Source of the DNA: Patescibacteria group bacterium
Lineage (GTDB): Bacteria > Patescibacteriota > Minisyncoccia > Moranbacterales > GWC2-37-73
Assembly (NCBI GenBank): GCA_022709565.1
Contig: JAKLIO010000001.1
Location: 4,368-68,367 of the forward strand
Reading direction: 5' to 3'
Length of the DNA stretch: 64,000 nt
Positions 11,147 through 19,884 of the stretch are shown here, in pieces. How positions within the stretch are numbered: position 1 is the first letter of the stretch; each line of letters opens with the position of its first letter. Position numbers and translations under genes: made by a program. The notes beneath the pieces are model-generated. The model was not told the DNA's origin. It saw only the letters and a program-made list of their open reading frames with translations, and made no database searches.

Positions 11147-11701
11147 TTATTTAATAAGCATCTCTAAATCACATTTGATATTGCCGCTTTTTTCATCTTT
11201 AGCAATTCCCGTAAGGTTTACGCCCGTTAGATTCTTTGAATTTTTAAAATTCATAATCTGGCGCGATATCTCGTTGTAACTGTTGGATTCGAAAGTTATT
11301 TCAATTTTTCCGCTGTCATCATAGTTCAAACTTGATACCACAACTGCATTGTTAATATAATTTTCAAAATCATCCAAAACATTTTTTACCTGCACTCTGG
11401 AGACTTCTCCGTCCGTAATTTTTAAATTTTCTTTTATGTGTTGCAATCGGGTTTGGACATCAATAACCTCACCAAGCTCAGCAAGATTAATTATTGAAAT
11501 TTTTTTATTTTCAATTTTTTGAAGCGCGGCTTCGTTATTTTTTTCGACCTGCGATACATAAAATTTTAAACCAACAAAAACCAGCAAAGTCAGGACAACC
11601 AGCATCAGTGAAAAAAACACTCCCCCGCTAAAAAATTTACTATTGGCTGCAAGCCTTTTTTTAATTTCTTGATCGTCTTGGTATAGATTTATATTAGTCA
11701 T
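11147..11701 (-). CDS. PilN-like pilus assembly protein
   Basis: Has a short cytoplasmic N-terminus (INLYQ), one TM, and sits directly after pilM. Confidence 0.55.
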   Translation of the reverse strand: MTNINLYQDDQEIKKRLAANSKFFSGGVFFSLMLVVLTLLVFVGLKFYVSQVEKNNEAALQKIENKKISIINLAELGEVIDVQTRLQHIKENLKITDGEVSRVQVKNVLDDFENYINNAVVVSSLNYDDSGKIEITFESNSYNEISRQIMNFKNSKNLTGVNLTGIAKDEKSGNIKCDLEMLIK

Positions 11702-11706
11702 TTTTT

Positions 11707-11747
11707 CTTGCCCCGTTAAACCCGCCTTTAGCGGATATTAAACTGGG
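11707..11747 (-). repeat. hairpin-family element between pilM and the pilN-like gene
   Basis: The minus-strand sense reads TCCCAGTTTAATAT CCGC taaag GCGG GTTTAACGGGG CAAGAAAAAATG. It has an outer stem plus an independent apical stem. Confidence 0.55.
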
Positions 11748-11789
11748 ATAAATTTTTATTTTGTTTATTTTTTATTATATTAAATTTTT

Positions 11790-12905
11790 TTATTTGCGCT
11801 TATATTCTTCTATGCCTCTAAGAGCCAATCCTAAAGCAACAGAGAATGACCCGCCCAGATTTTCAACAAGAACCCTGGCTTTATCTTCAGCCATGACCCT
11901 GATCCAAGGATTTCCAACCATTATTTTTGTTTCAAGCAGCCGGGCAAAATATTCTTCAAGGCCTTTCATTTTTGATGTTCCTCCGGACAATATAACGCCA
12001 TCGATTCGGGCTTCTTTATTTTTTACGCTGTAAAGACCAATTATTCTTTTTGCTTCACTGGCAATAAATTCCAGGACCGGAATCACAAGTGCGGATTCCT
12101 TATTATTCAAAAAATCTCTCTCGCCTTTTTTCAGTGCTTCCGCTCTCTGATTGGAGATATTCATACTTTCGGCTATGGCTGAAGTAATTTCATTGCCTCC
12201 GGCATCAATACTGCGATTGACCATTACAATACCTTTTTCAACCAGAATTATGTTTGTGGCCTGCAAGCCTATATCTATAATCAAGAAATTTCCGGCATCT
12301 TCCCCCACTAAGGCTCTGACCAGAGAAAAAGTTTCCAGTTCGATAGCGCCGACTTTCATGTTTTTCGTAGCAACGTATTTCCCATAACGATCGATATCCT
12401 TTTTGGGAGCAGCCACTAACAGAACTTTTATTTTTTGGGAATTAGCGTCTTTGCCGATTTTTTGCGCAAGAGGCAGACTGGCATTTTCCACGCGTTCAAT
12501 AACCTCCCAGCTCATGGAAATTTCATCCAGCGAGCTTGGTATATACTTGTGGGCTTCGAATTGAATTGCTTTTGCCAATTCATCATCCGGCATATCCAGC
12601 ATTTCTATAATAGTTATCAGACCGTTGAATCCGGGAATGGAAACATTTGCAGATTTTGCCTTGGGTTTCATTTTTTCAAACAATTGCATCACTCCTTCAG
12701 CAAGATTCTGCTCAAAAGAATAAGATTTACCGATTTCTTTTTGCTTATTAAAATCGCTTCCGGCCAAAAAGTTTAGATCAACAATCCCATAATTTTCTAG
12801 AAAAACTTTCTGATCCTTATAGGAAAGTTCGACAGCCTTAATAGAAGAGGTCCCAAAATCAACTCCAATAAAATGATTGCTTTTACCTTTTAAAAATTCC
12901 AGCAT
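11790..12905 (-). CDS. pilM: pilus assembly ATPase-fold protein PilM
   Basis: Has an actin-like fold signature: GVDFGTSSIKAVEL, ..IIDIGLQATN.., ..ILSGGTSKMKGL. Confidence 0.85.
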   Translation of the reverse strand: MLEFLKGKSNHFIGVDFGTSSIKAVELSYKDQKVFLENYGIVDLNFLAGSDFNKQKEIGKSYSFEQNLAEGVMQLFEKMKPKAKSANVSIPGFNGLITIIEMLDMPDDELAKAIQFEAHKYIPSSLDEISMSWEVIERVENASLPLAQKIGKDANSQKIKVLLVAAPKKDIDRYGKYVATKNMKVGAIELETFSLVRALVGEDAGNFLIIDIGLQATNIILVEKGIVMVNRSIDAGGNEITSAIAESMNISNQRAEALKKGERDFLNNKESALVIPVLEFIASEAKRIIGLYSVKNKEARIDGVILSGGTSKMKGLEEYFARLLETKIMVGNPWIRVMAEDKARVLVENLGGSFSVALGLALRGIEEYKRK

Positions 12906-12923
12906 TTTTGTGTTTATGTTAGA

Positions 12924-12952
12924 TTGAAGATACCGTACTACGTTAATATAAT
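12924..12952 (+). promoter_or_regulatory. putative sigma70-type promoter for comF
   Basis: TTGAAG (12924-12929), a 17-nt spacer, then TATAAT (12947-12952). Confidence 0.5.
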
Positions 12953-12976
12953 AACATATTTAATAAAAACAAACAA
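12948..12976 (-). promoter_or_regulatory. putative sigma70-type promoter for the pilM operon
   Basis: The minus strand reads TTGTTT-N17-(TGT)TATTAT. Its -10 overlaps the -10 of the divergent comF promoter. Confidence 0.4.
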
Positions 12977-12978
12977 CC

Positions 12979-13722
12979 ATGCTAGTGGAGTTATTCACAA
13001 TTTTCCGCAAAGTTCATATTTTTGCCTTAAATATTCTCTTTCCCATCAAGTGCGTTTCCTGTGCAAAGGAAGGCGACTGGCTTTGTGAAAATTGTTTTGC
13101 AAAAATAAAATTTCTTGACGAGCATATCTGCGGAGTTTGCGAAAAAATGATTACGCCGGACGGACGCACCTGCCAAAGTTGCAGGAAAAAATCTTCTATC
13201 AGCGGTCTCATCGTGGCCACTTCCTACAAAAATAATCTGATTGCCCACTTAGTGCATTTATACAAGTACCGTTTTGTTTCCGATTTGCATAAAGAATTGG
13301 GAGAAATTCTGGCGAAAGCCCTTCAAAAAACTGACGTCCCCCTGCCTGACATTATTGTTCCCGTTCCGCTTCATTATAGGCGCCTCCGCTGGCGCGGATT
13401 CAATCAGTCATTATTATTAGCCCGGTATCTTTCCGCAAACCTTCTGCCCCAATTTGAAATTCCCCTGAAAGAATGCCTTGCTCGAAATCGCTATACCCCG
13501 CCGCAGATGAAAATAAAAAATTATCACAGCCGCCAGCAAAATTTGGCTGATGCATTTTCGATAACAGAATTAAAAGAAGTAAAAAATAAAACTGTGCTAT
13601 TAGTTGATGACATTGCCACGACCGGTTCCACCATTTTTGAATGCGCCAAGGTTTTGAGAAAAGCCGGCGCCAAAGAAGTTTTTGCCATCGTCATCGCCCG
13701 ACAAGAAATGAAAAGTGTTTAA
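12979..13722 (+). CDS. comF: ComF family protein (ComFC-type phosphoribosyltransferase fold)
   Basis: Has N-terminal Cys pairs (CVSCAKEG..C..C; CGVCEK...CQSC) and the C-terminal PRTase motif VLLVDDIATTGST. Confidence 0.85.
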   Translation: MLVELFTIFRKVHIFALNILFPIKCVSCAKEGDWLCENCFAKIKFLDEHICGVCEKMITPDGRTCQSCRKKSSISGLIVATSYKNNLIAHLVHLYKYRFVSDLHKELGEILAKALQKTDVPLPDIIVPVPLHYRRLRWRGFNQSLLLARYLSANLLPQFEIPLKECLARNRYTPPQMKIKNYHSRQQNLADAFSITELKEVKNKTVLLVDDIATTGSTIFECAKVLRKAGAKEVFAIVIARQEMKSV

Positions 13723-13790
13723 TTTTTAAAAATTGATGAAAATATAAATTTGCGTTAAAATAAAGATAGCTAAAAATTAATATTAAAAAA

Positions 13791-13985
13791 ATGCCTACTG
13801 ATGATATAAAAAAAATACTAACTGAAACAGATGAAAAAGAAATTAGAGAGCGCTTTAGGGAAGCTGGTCTCAATTATGACAAAATAAAAAAAGGAGCAGA
13901 GCAAGCCGACTACATACATGAGAAAAAAGGCGTATATGATGAACCTAAGCCTCTCCCAGAATCATACAAAAATCCACGAAGATAA
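13791..13985 (+). CDS. hypothetical small protein (64 aa)
   Basis: This is an ORF only, charged and lysine-rich, with no recognisable family. Confidence 0.35.
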   Translation: MPTDDIKKILTETDEKEIRERFREAGLNYDKIKKGAEQADYIHEKKGVYDEPKPLPESYKNPRR

Positions 13986-14028
13986 ACTTTGAAAATTTTT
14001 GGCTTAAAATCAATAAAAATTTTACCTA

Positions 14029-14057
14029 TTGACGAAAATCAGTAAATATGCTATAAG
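14029..14057 (+). promoter_or_regulatory. putative sigma70-type promoter
   Basis: TTGACG-N17-(TGC)TATAAG, located 65 nt upstream of the 14123 ORF. Confidence 0.5.
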
Positions 14058-14122
14058 AAGATGTTAGCAATGAGGCTTTTTTTGATCGTTGTTTAACAAA
14101 TAAATAAACGGGGGGAGAAAGG

Positions 14123-14581
14123 ATGCTACTAAAAATAACGAGGGAGGAAGCAAAGAAAATCGGAATATTGTTAGAGGGGTTTAAATTTACAAAACAGCAA
14201 GTTGAAGAGGCAGATGGCACTGACATGTTAAAAGCATGCCAAAGCGGCAGACAAAAAAATCCAATTCCAAGGCCTAAGATTCTGTTGGAAGAAACACCTG
14301 GAGCAATTTTCAAGAACAGAGCATGGGATCAATTTTACTTCCTAATTAAAATTTTTATAAAAAATCTTGAGGAAAAAAATTATCCGATTGACAAGTTTGA
14401 TTTTGAATTTGAGTTTCAATTTCAAGACGACGTTAGTTTTGTTCTGCGAATTACGGAAGACACTGCCGCGAGAATATTGGGCTTAGAAACAGAAAACAAC
14501 TTAAAAGACCCTATGCCCGAAATGATCATTCCCGAAGTTCGGGAAAAAATAAGCAACTCTCAATCAAAAACAAAGCATTGA
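14123..14581 (+). CDS. hypothetical protein (152 aa)
   Basis: Has a strong RBS (GGGGGGAGAAAGG) directly before the ATG and two terminators downstream. No family was recognised. Confidence 0.5.
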   Translation: MLLKITREEAKKIGILLEGFKFTKQQVEEADGTDMLKACQSGRQKNPIPRPKILLEETPGAIFKNRAWDQFYFLIKIFIKNLEEKNYPIDKFDFEFEFQFQDDVSFVLRITEDTAARILGLETENNLKDPMPEMIIPEVREKISNSQSKTKH

Positions 14582-14611
14582 GAGATGCTGAAGCGCACTT
14601 TTAAAAAAATG

Positions 14612-14655
14612 GGGAGCTGGAAAATTATCATTCCGGTTCCCCGCTTTTTATTTTA
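14612..14655 (+). terminator. rho-independent terminator
   Basis: A 12-bp stem GGGGAGCTGGAA/TTCCGGTTCCCC (two G-U pairs) is followed by GCTTTTTATTTT. Confidence 0.65.
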
Positions 14656-14667
14656 GACAACAAAATA

Positions 14668-14692
14668 AACCGGATTTGACCGGTTTTTTATT
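14668..14692 (+). terminator. second rho-independent terminator
   Basis: AAACCGG atttga CCGGTTTTTTATTT. Confidence 0.6.
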
Positions 14693-14737
14693 TGGCGGAT
14701 TTGTTGGCCAAAGCTCAAAACTTTGATTTTGAAAAAT

Positions 14738-14761
14738 TGCGGAAAGGCAAGGAATCTACCT
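14738..14761. repeat. distal att-like copy of the tRNA-Ser(GCU) 3' end
   Basis: TGCGGAAAGGCAaGGAaTCtAcC aligns with TGCGGAAAGGCAgGGAtTCgAaC at 21344. The first 12 nt match 12/12, and most of the next 11-12 positions also match (about 7-8), in the same orientation. Confidence 0.5.
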
Positions 14762-14949
14762 CGACTAAATTTTTGCCGTCGCAAAAATTTGTCTGGTCAC
14801 CGCCTCGCGGTTTTGCCTGCTGGCAAAACATCGCTCCGGCGTTCGAATCCTGCACGCAAGCAAAGCAGTTTACTTGCTCTTTTCCTCGCTCACTTTGTTC
14901 GCTGCGGAGAGTATGGGACGAAGTTGGAACTTATTTAGCTTCTCCCATA

Positions 14950-16218
14950 TCACTTTATTAGCAAACTTTCTCGATATTGTTCCGCTGGAGCATTCTTGAC
15001 CATATCAATAACTTTATCATAATTTTCTTTTACAACTTTTTCTATCTCATTTATATCTGCTCGAAAAAATTCTTTCCTATTATTCAGCTTATTGATTCTA
15101 TTGTTGTAAAAATGTTGATGTATTTTCGCTTCAAGCTCAGGTGCATTATCTGAAAATATCATAGCATGTATATCAAAAGTAAATGGAACAGAAGCGTCAC
15201 CAAGCTCATCTATTCTATCAGTAGGCTCAAGTCTTCTGGTCATACCAATCTTATATACACCCTCCCCAAATGCGCCAATATTAGAAATAATATACACATA
15301 CCCAGCCTTAGCGTTTTGTTCCCGATAATCAATGACTTTTTCCTCTTTTTCAAGTTCTCCAAGCTGTTCTCTGATTTCTCGCATTCTCTCCTGAATAATT
15401 TTTTTCTCAACTTCATCAATAACATTTTTATATCTTTCTTCTAATCCCTTTAACGCTGTTGAAAAGTGCTTTTTTTCTTTTGCTATTTTTTCTCTTGCTT
15501 CTTTAATCTCTTGTTCTAGCTTTTGTTGTTCGCGCAACTCCTCGCGTATTTTTTTCTGTTCCTCTCTTTCTTCTTGTTTCTTTTGCTGATACTCATATGC
15601 AAGATATAGTTCTTCAAGCTTACAATCTTTATAGTCATAACTTATGGAAACTTGCATGATTGCTCCAATCTTATTTAAAGACTCATACGATTGCTCGATT
15701 CTTTTCACGCTTCTCTCGATATTATTGAATTTGACATTATCAACGCAGTAGTCGCATTCATTATTGAATGACCGCAATACCAGCTTAATCATATCATTGA
15801 CCATTTTCTTGCCTTGAGTTCTGTTGTTATTTACTGTCCAGTTTTGATTTCCATTGGCTGCAATACCTGATTTTATTAGTTGTTTTTGCTTATCTCGAAT
15901 TATCTCTAATCTTTTTTTATATTCATCACTAGAAGTAAAGTTAAATTTTGGTTTATAGAGCGCAAAGTCTTCAAGCATTAACTCTTCCTCTAATACAATA
16001 ATTTGGGATTTCTTTTCATCTATTGAGCTTGTGAGATTTTCTTGTTCTTTCTTGAGTTGTTCATTATTCGCAATTAAACTATCCTTGTCTTTTGCTAATT
16101 CATCAATCTTTCGTTGTATCGCTATTGCATCACCTGCGCCCATTTGAGTTATCAATGATTGCAATTTTTCATTCTCCTTTTTTATTTTCGAGGCGTTTAA
16201 AACATCAAGAATTCCCAT
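14950..16218 (-). CDS. DUF4041-type protein with a C-terminal T5orf172/MUG113 (GIY-YIG-like) domain
   Basis: Has a long coiled-coil region, then GYVYIISN..GEGVYKIGMTRRLEPTDRIDELGDASVPFTFDIHAMIFS..A.ELE..IH..F...R.N..N.RKEFF. The family was recognised from memory, not searched. Confidence 0.75.
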   Translation of the reverse strand: MGILDVLNASKIKKENEKLQSLITQMGAGDAIAIQRKIDELAKDKDSLIANNEQLKKEQENLTSSIDEKKSQIIVLEEELMLEDFALYKPKFNFTSSDEYKKRLEIIRDKQKQLIKSGIAANGNQNWTVNNNRTQGKKMVNDMIKLVLRSFNNECDYCVDNVKFNNIERSVKRIEQSYESLNKIGAIMQVSISYDYKDCKLEELYLAYEYQQKKQEEREEQKKIREELREQQKLEQEIKEAREKIAKEKKHFSTALKGLEERYKNVIDEVEKKIIQERMREIREQLGELEKEEKVIDYREQNAKAGYVYIISNIGAFGEGVYKIGMTRRLEPTDRIDELGDASVPFTFDIHAMIFSDNAPELEAKIHQHFYNNRINKLNNRKEFFRADINEIEKVVKENYDKVIDMVKNAPAEQYRESLLIK

Positions 16219-16232
16219 ATTTTTATGTTCAA

Positions 16233-16454
16233 TTATTTCACAAAATAATCAATACTCTTTTTGTAAAGTTTAGCGAATTTTTTCACTTCCAAAATATCCA
16301 ATCTATATTCTCCCGATTCGACACGAGAAATATAAGACTGCGGTCGCTTCATTGCCTTAGCCACATCAATCTGCCGAAGACCCGATTCAAGTCGGGCTTT
16401 TTTCATCCTTTCAATAAAAAGGGCATATTCTTTTGTGCGTATTGTTCTACCCAT
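16233..16454 (-). CDS. XRE-family helix-turn-helix transcriptional regulator
   Basis: RLESGLRQIDVAKAMKRPQSYISRVESGEYRLD is a classic Cro/C1-type HTH. The gene lies 14 nt upstream of the T5orf172 gene. Confidence 0.85.
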   Translation of the reverse strand: MGRTIRTKEYALFIERMKKARLESGLRQIDVAKAMKRPQSYISRVESGEYRLDILEVKKFAKLYKKSIDYFVK

Positions 16455-16481
16455 ATACTACCAGCGTATATTCAAAAAATC

Positions 16482-16502
16482 AATATCTAAAATTTGGATA
16501 TT
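16482..16502. promoter_or_regulatory. candidate operator in the divergent promoter region
   Basis: Inverted repeat AATATC-N9-GATATT lies between the HTH gene start (16454) and the 16511 start. Confidence 0.4.
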
Positions 16503-16510
16503 GTGCTAGT

Positions 16511-17047
16511 ATGGTAAAAACAATAAATTTTAATTTTATGCTGAAAATATCTTTTCTGTTTCCAATATTTGCAATAGCATTTTTATCTTTGGTGATAATG
16601 GCTCTGGCGGTTTTTTATAAAGTAAAAACCAGCAAATGGCCATATTTAAAAAAGGATTCTTTACTGACAGAAGCGGAAAGAAAATTTTACCTTGTTTTGT
16701 TGGAAACTATCGGAAATGATTATTTAATATTTTCCAAAGTTAGAATGGCGGATTTACTTTATTTGCCAAAGATGAACAACAGCCAATATTATCATTACCA
16801 AAATAAAATTCAGTCTAAACATGTTGATTTTTTGATTTGTGATAAAGAAAATATTAAACCACTATTAGTAGTTGAATTGGACGATTCATCTCATCTTAAG
16901 ATTGATAGGATTTTAAGAGATGAGCTAGTTAATGAGATTTTTAAAAACGCAAAGCTTCCTATTTTTCATGTAAGAGCTTCTGCCAACTACGAAAAGGAAT
17001 CGTTATTAAGTCAAATTAAAAGTAACCTATCTGCCACATTTGATTAA
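16511..17047 (+). CDS. membrane-anchored DUF2726 protein (PD-(D/E)xK-like nuclease fold)
   Basis: I place the start at ATG 16511 (MVKTINF..). The protein has a TM (FLFPIFAIAFLSLVIMALAVF) followed by ..EAERKFY...KHVDFLICDKENIKPLLVVELDDSSH..RD. Confidence 0.65.
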   Translation: MVKTINFNFMLKISFLFPIFAIAFLSLVIMALAVFYKVKTSKWPYLKKDSLLTEAERKFYLVLLETIGNDYLIFSKVRMADLLYLPKMNNSQYYHYQNKIQSKHVDFLICDKENIKPLLVVELDDSSHLKIDRILRDELVNEIFKNAKLPIFHVRASANYEKESLLSQIKSNLSATFD

Positions 17048-17122
17048 CCAACCAGCTTTGACTATATCGTATATTAGTGCTAATTTTTAACTAATCAATA
17101 ATAATTAAACAATAAAAAAAAT

Positions 17123-17938
17123 ATGGAAGATTTATTTGTAGGTTTAGTTTTAATCTCTCTGATTTGTTTTTTGCTTAGCTGGATTATCCCCAATACTTTT
17201 TCACCTCTGTTTAAAAATAAACTTTCGAAAGGAAAAATCAGGTTAGTTTTTGGATTATCTACAATCGCATTTTTTATTTTATTTGGAATGATTTCCGATA
17301 CTAAACATCCCTTACCGAAAAATCAAGAAGTTTCTACTTCCCAAAATAACGCACAATCTGCCAATTCTCAAGAAAAAAAAGTAGAAACGAAGCAATTAAG
17401 CGCAGAAGAAATTGCGAAGAAAGAAGCCGAAGATAAGGCCAAGCAAGAAGCATTGGCAAAGCCTCATTTTAATGACGGAAATTATGAAGTTGGTACAGAT
17501 ATTCAGCCTGGAACATATAGAACACGCAAAGGCTCATCTGGATGTTACTATGCTCGACTTAAGGGATTTAGTGGTTCGTTAGGAGATATAATTTCCAACG
17601 AAAATACCTACTATCCTGCAGTTGTGACAATTGAATCAACAGATAAAGGTTTTAAATCTTCAGGCTGCGGAACTTGGACGCAAGACCTTTCCGCAATAAC
17701 AACTGAACAAACTACATTCAATGACGGAATTTTTATTGTCGGCACTGATATTTTGCCAGGAACTTATAAAAGCAGTGGTAGTGATGGTTGCTATTATTCA
17801 AGATTAAAAGGATTCACAGGTTCACTAGGAAATATAATTGCCAATGAAAACACTGACACATCTGCAATTGTAACTATTTCCTCAACCGATAAAGGATTCA
17901 AGTCTTCTGGTTGTGGTACATGGACCAAAACAAAGTAG
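17123..17938 (+). CDS. membrane-anchored protein with two ~85-aa tandem Cys-containing repeats
   Basis: Has an N-terminal TM and a KE-rich linker. The block GTD I.PGTY....GS.GCYY.RLKGF.GSLG.II.NENT....VTI.STDKGFKSSGCGTW then occurs twice. Confidence 0.6.
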   Translation: MEDLFVGLVLISLICFLLSWIIPNTFSPLFKNKLSKGKIRLVFGLSTIAFFILFGMISDTKHPLPKNQEVSTSQNNAQSANSQEKKVETKQLSAEEIAKKEAEDKAKQEALAKPHFNDGNYEVGTDIQPGTYRTRKGSSGCYYARLKGFSGSLGDIISNENTYYPAVVTIESTDKGFKSSGCGTWTQDLSAITTEQTTFNDGIFIVGTDILPGTYKSSGSDGCYYSRLKGFTGSLGNIIANENTDTSAIVTISSTDKGFKSSGCGTWTKTK

Positions 17939-17999
17939 ACTTCTTGACTTTTGCCATAAATAAGGCTACATTAAACTGATTTATCAATCAGTTTTTTGT

Positions 18000-18782
18000 A
18001 TGAAAAAAGGACTCAATAACGCTATTAAAAAATACCAACAAAGCCAAACATCGCTTGAAGCCTATCAGGCTATTTCTGATTTTGTAAAAATAATCATGGC
18101 AGTTCCCGAATTTATTGAGCAAGTCGAAAATGAAGGCGAAAAAATACGCCTTGCACAAAAGGAACTCAATGCTGATAAAGGTTGGAATTATGGTTTGAAA
18201 GGTAAGGAACTAAAACAGCACAATGAACGCCGAGCAAGAAAATCCGAAGCTCTACATCAACTAGACCCTATGTTTCCATTGCAAAATCTATACAGTGTTC
18301 ATTGTGGAGTTCAGCCTAAAAATATAACCGATAATTCCGATTGGCTGTTTCATAGATTTAGCCCTGATGAGCCATTGCCAGAAGCAGATAAAAAAGAATA
18401 TCAAGGATTTATTGATAAACTTTATAAAAAAATATTGCCGTTTCTGAACAAAGAAGAAACGCCAGATTTTGATTTTGATTTTAATAAAAGCCTTTTATAT
18501 TTCCAAGAAAAAGAAATTCACATCTCGCTTAAAAACGATAAGACCAATGCCCACTATATTTTGGAACATATTTTTAAATCCAAAGATTTAAGCCAACAAT
18601 TTCCTTTTTCTGAAATAGCCGAAGATACTTTTAAAGAAACTAATGATAACTGGCGAAAATACTATCGGGCTTGTAAAGATATAAACGATAAAGTTTACAA
18701 AGCTACTAAAATTGATGACTTTTTAGAGTATTCGAGTGGCAAAACCGCTTGGGTAAAAATCAACGAAAAATATCTTAAATAA
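18000..18782 (+). CDS. hypothetical protein (260 aa)
   Basis: This is a long ORF followed by a terminator at 18833. No family was recognised. Confidence 0.55.
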   Translation: MKKGLNNAIKKYQQSQTSLEAYQAISDFVKIIMAVPEFIEQVENEGEKIRLAQKELNADKGWNYGLKGKELKQHNERRARKSEALHQLDPMFPLQNLYSVHCGVQPKNITDNSDWLFHRFSPDEPLPEADKKEYQGFIDKLYKKILPFLNKEETPDFDFDFNKSLLYFQEKEIHISLKNDKTNAHYILEHIFKSKDLSQQFPFSEIAEDTFKETNDNWRKYYRACKDINDKVYKATKIDDFLEYSSGKTAWVKINEKYLK

Positions 18783-18832
18783 AGCAATTACGGCTTTACG
18801 GATAAAATAGCGTAAACGCTTTATTAGAAAAT

Positions 18833-18861
18833 GGCACTACAAATCGTAGCGCCGTTTTTTT
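18833..18861 (+). terminator. rho-independent terminator
   Basis: GGCACTAC aaatc GTAGCGCC G TTTTTTT. Confidence 0.55.
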
Positions 18862-19038
18862 ATGTCTTACAAATTTAGCTTTGAGCTAAGAGAAAAACTG
18901 ATTGACTATTTTTTGCGAAAACATCAGGTCGAGATTTCGCAAGATAAAGCCGACGAATATTTAGATTCGATGGCTGATTTATATTGCGCGTTTAGCCAGA
19001 GAAACGCCAAAGATAAATTTTCACCAGCGAAGCGGTGA
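18862..19038 (+). CDS. hypothetical small protein (58 aa)
   Basis: My own translation is MSYKFSFELREKLIDYFLRKHQVEISQDKADEYLDSMADLYCAFSQRNAKDKFSPAKR. It falls below the track cutoff. Its 3' end overlaps the 18999 hairpin. Confidence 0.3.
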   Translation: MSYKFSFELREKLIDYFLRKHQVEISQDKADEYLDSMADLYCAFSQRNAKDKFSPAKR

Positions 19039-19057
19039 AAATTTTCGTGGCGTTCTC
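18999..19057 (+). other. long imperfect hairpin upstream of the Rep gene (candidate rolling-circle origin, or a terminator)
   Basis: GAGAAACGCCA..AAATTTTCACC agcgaagc GGTGAAAATTT..TGGCGTTCTC. It has about 21 paired positions in two helices and an 8-nt loop, and ends 43 nt before the Rep ATG. Confidence 0.4.
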
Positions 19058-19100
19058 TTCTTAACTTGATTATAACCTCACTTAAACAGAAAACAATTTT

Positions 19101-19835
19101 ATGATATATACTGAAAAAATAATTATTTCTGGAGACATTTTAGAATATTATCAATATTCTAAGCCATTATTTAGGGAATTTAAAAAAAAGAAAAAAGAAA
19201 AATTGCCTTGCGAGCCGAAGCAATTGGAGCTAGATTTTTCCATACCCGATACTGCTACTGGCAAACGGGACGATAATATTGCCCGTACTCGCACAAACAT
19301 ACGGCGACTTGTTAATTCCAATCAAGATTTTGATAAATTTGTCACCTTAACTTTTGCAGAAAACATGCAAGATATTAAAATAGCCAATCGTCATTTTAAT
19401 AAATTTATTATGCGTATAAGCTACCGCTATCCTGATTTAAAATATCTCGCAATTATCGAATTTCAAAAGCGTGGAGCTGTCCATTATCATTTTTTATGTA
19501 ATTTGCCTCATATTAAAAATTCTATTCTTTCAGATATTTGGGGACACGGATTTGTCAAAATAAACAAGATCAAGAATGTCACAAATCTTGGAGCTTATGT
19601 TTGCAAATACTTAAGCAAGGACGGCAATAACAAAAAAATGTTTCGCAAGAAGAAATATTTTTGTTCTAAAAACTTAGAGCAACCAAACAAATTTTTTGAT
19701 AACAAAACTATACAAACGCTAAAAAATTTCTATAACCTTTCTTCTGCAAAGCCAGCTTTTCAAACAACTTTTTCCAATGAATACCTCAAGGAAGTTGTAT
19801 ATAAACAGTTCAACCTAAAAAATCTAGCCCCTTGA
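19101..19835 (+). CDS. HUH-superfamily rolling-circle replication initiator (phiX174 gpA / Microviridae VP4-like motifs)
   Basis: Motif I is FVTLTF, motif II is AVHYHFL (HUH), and motif III is GAYVCKYLSKD. The Y-x-x-K-Y pattern matches phiX174 YVAKYVNK. Confidence 0.75.
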   Translation: MIYTEKIIISGDILEYYQYSKPLFREFKKKKKEKLPCEPKQLELDFSIPDTATGKRDDNIARTRTNIRRLVNSNQDFDKFVTLTFAENMQDIKIANRHFNKFIMRISYRYPDLKYLAIIEFQKRGAVHYHFLCNLPHIKNSILSDIWGHGFVKINKIKNVTNLGAYVCKYLSKDGNNKKMFRKKKYFCSKNLEQPNKFFDNKTIQTLKNFYNLSSAKPAFQTTFSNEYLKEVVYKQFNLKNLAP

Positions 19836-19884
19836 TTTTATCTCTTAATTCCGCTAAGTTATGAATATCTAAATATTGAATATT

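Noticed and set aside
14692-14961. ORFs 14692..14961 and 14723..14938 in the left att region
   Set aside because: They have no RBS, overlap each other, and cover tRNA-derived remnants. They are more likely non-coding.
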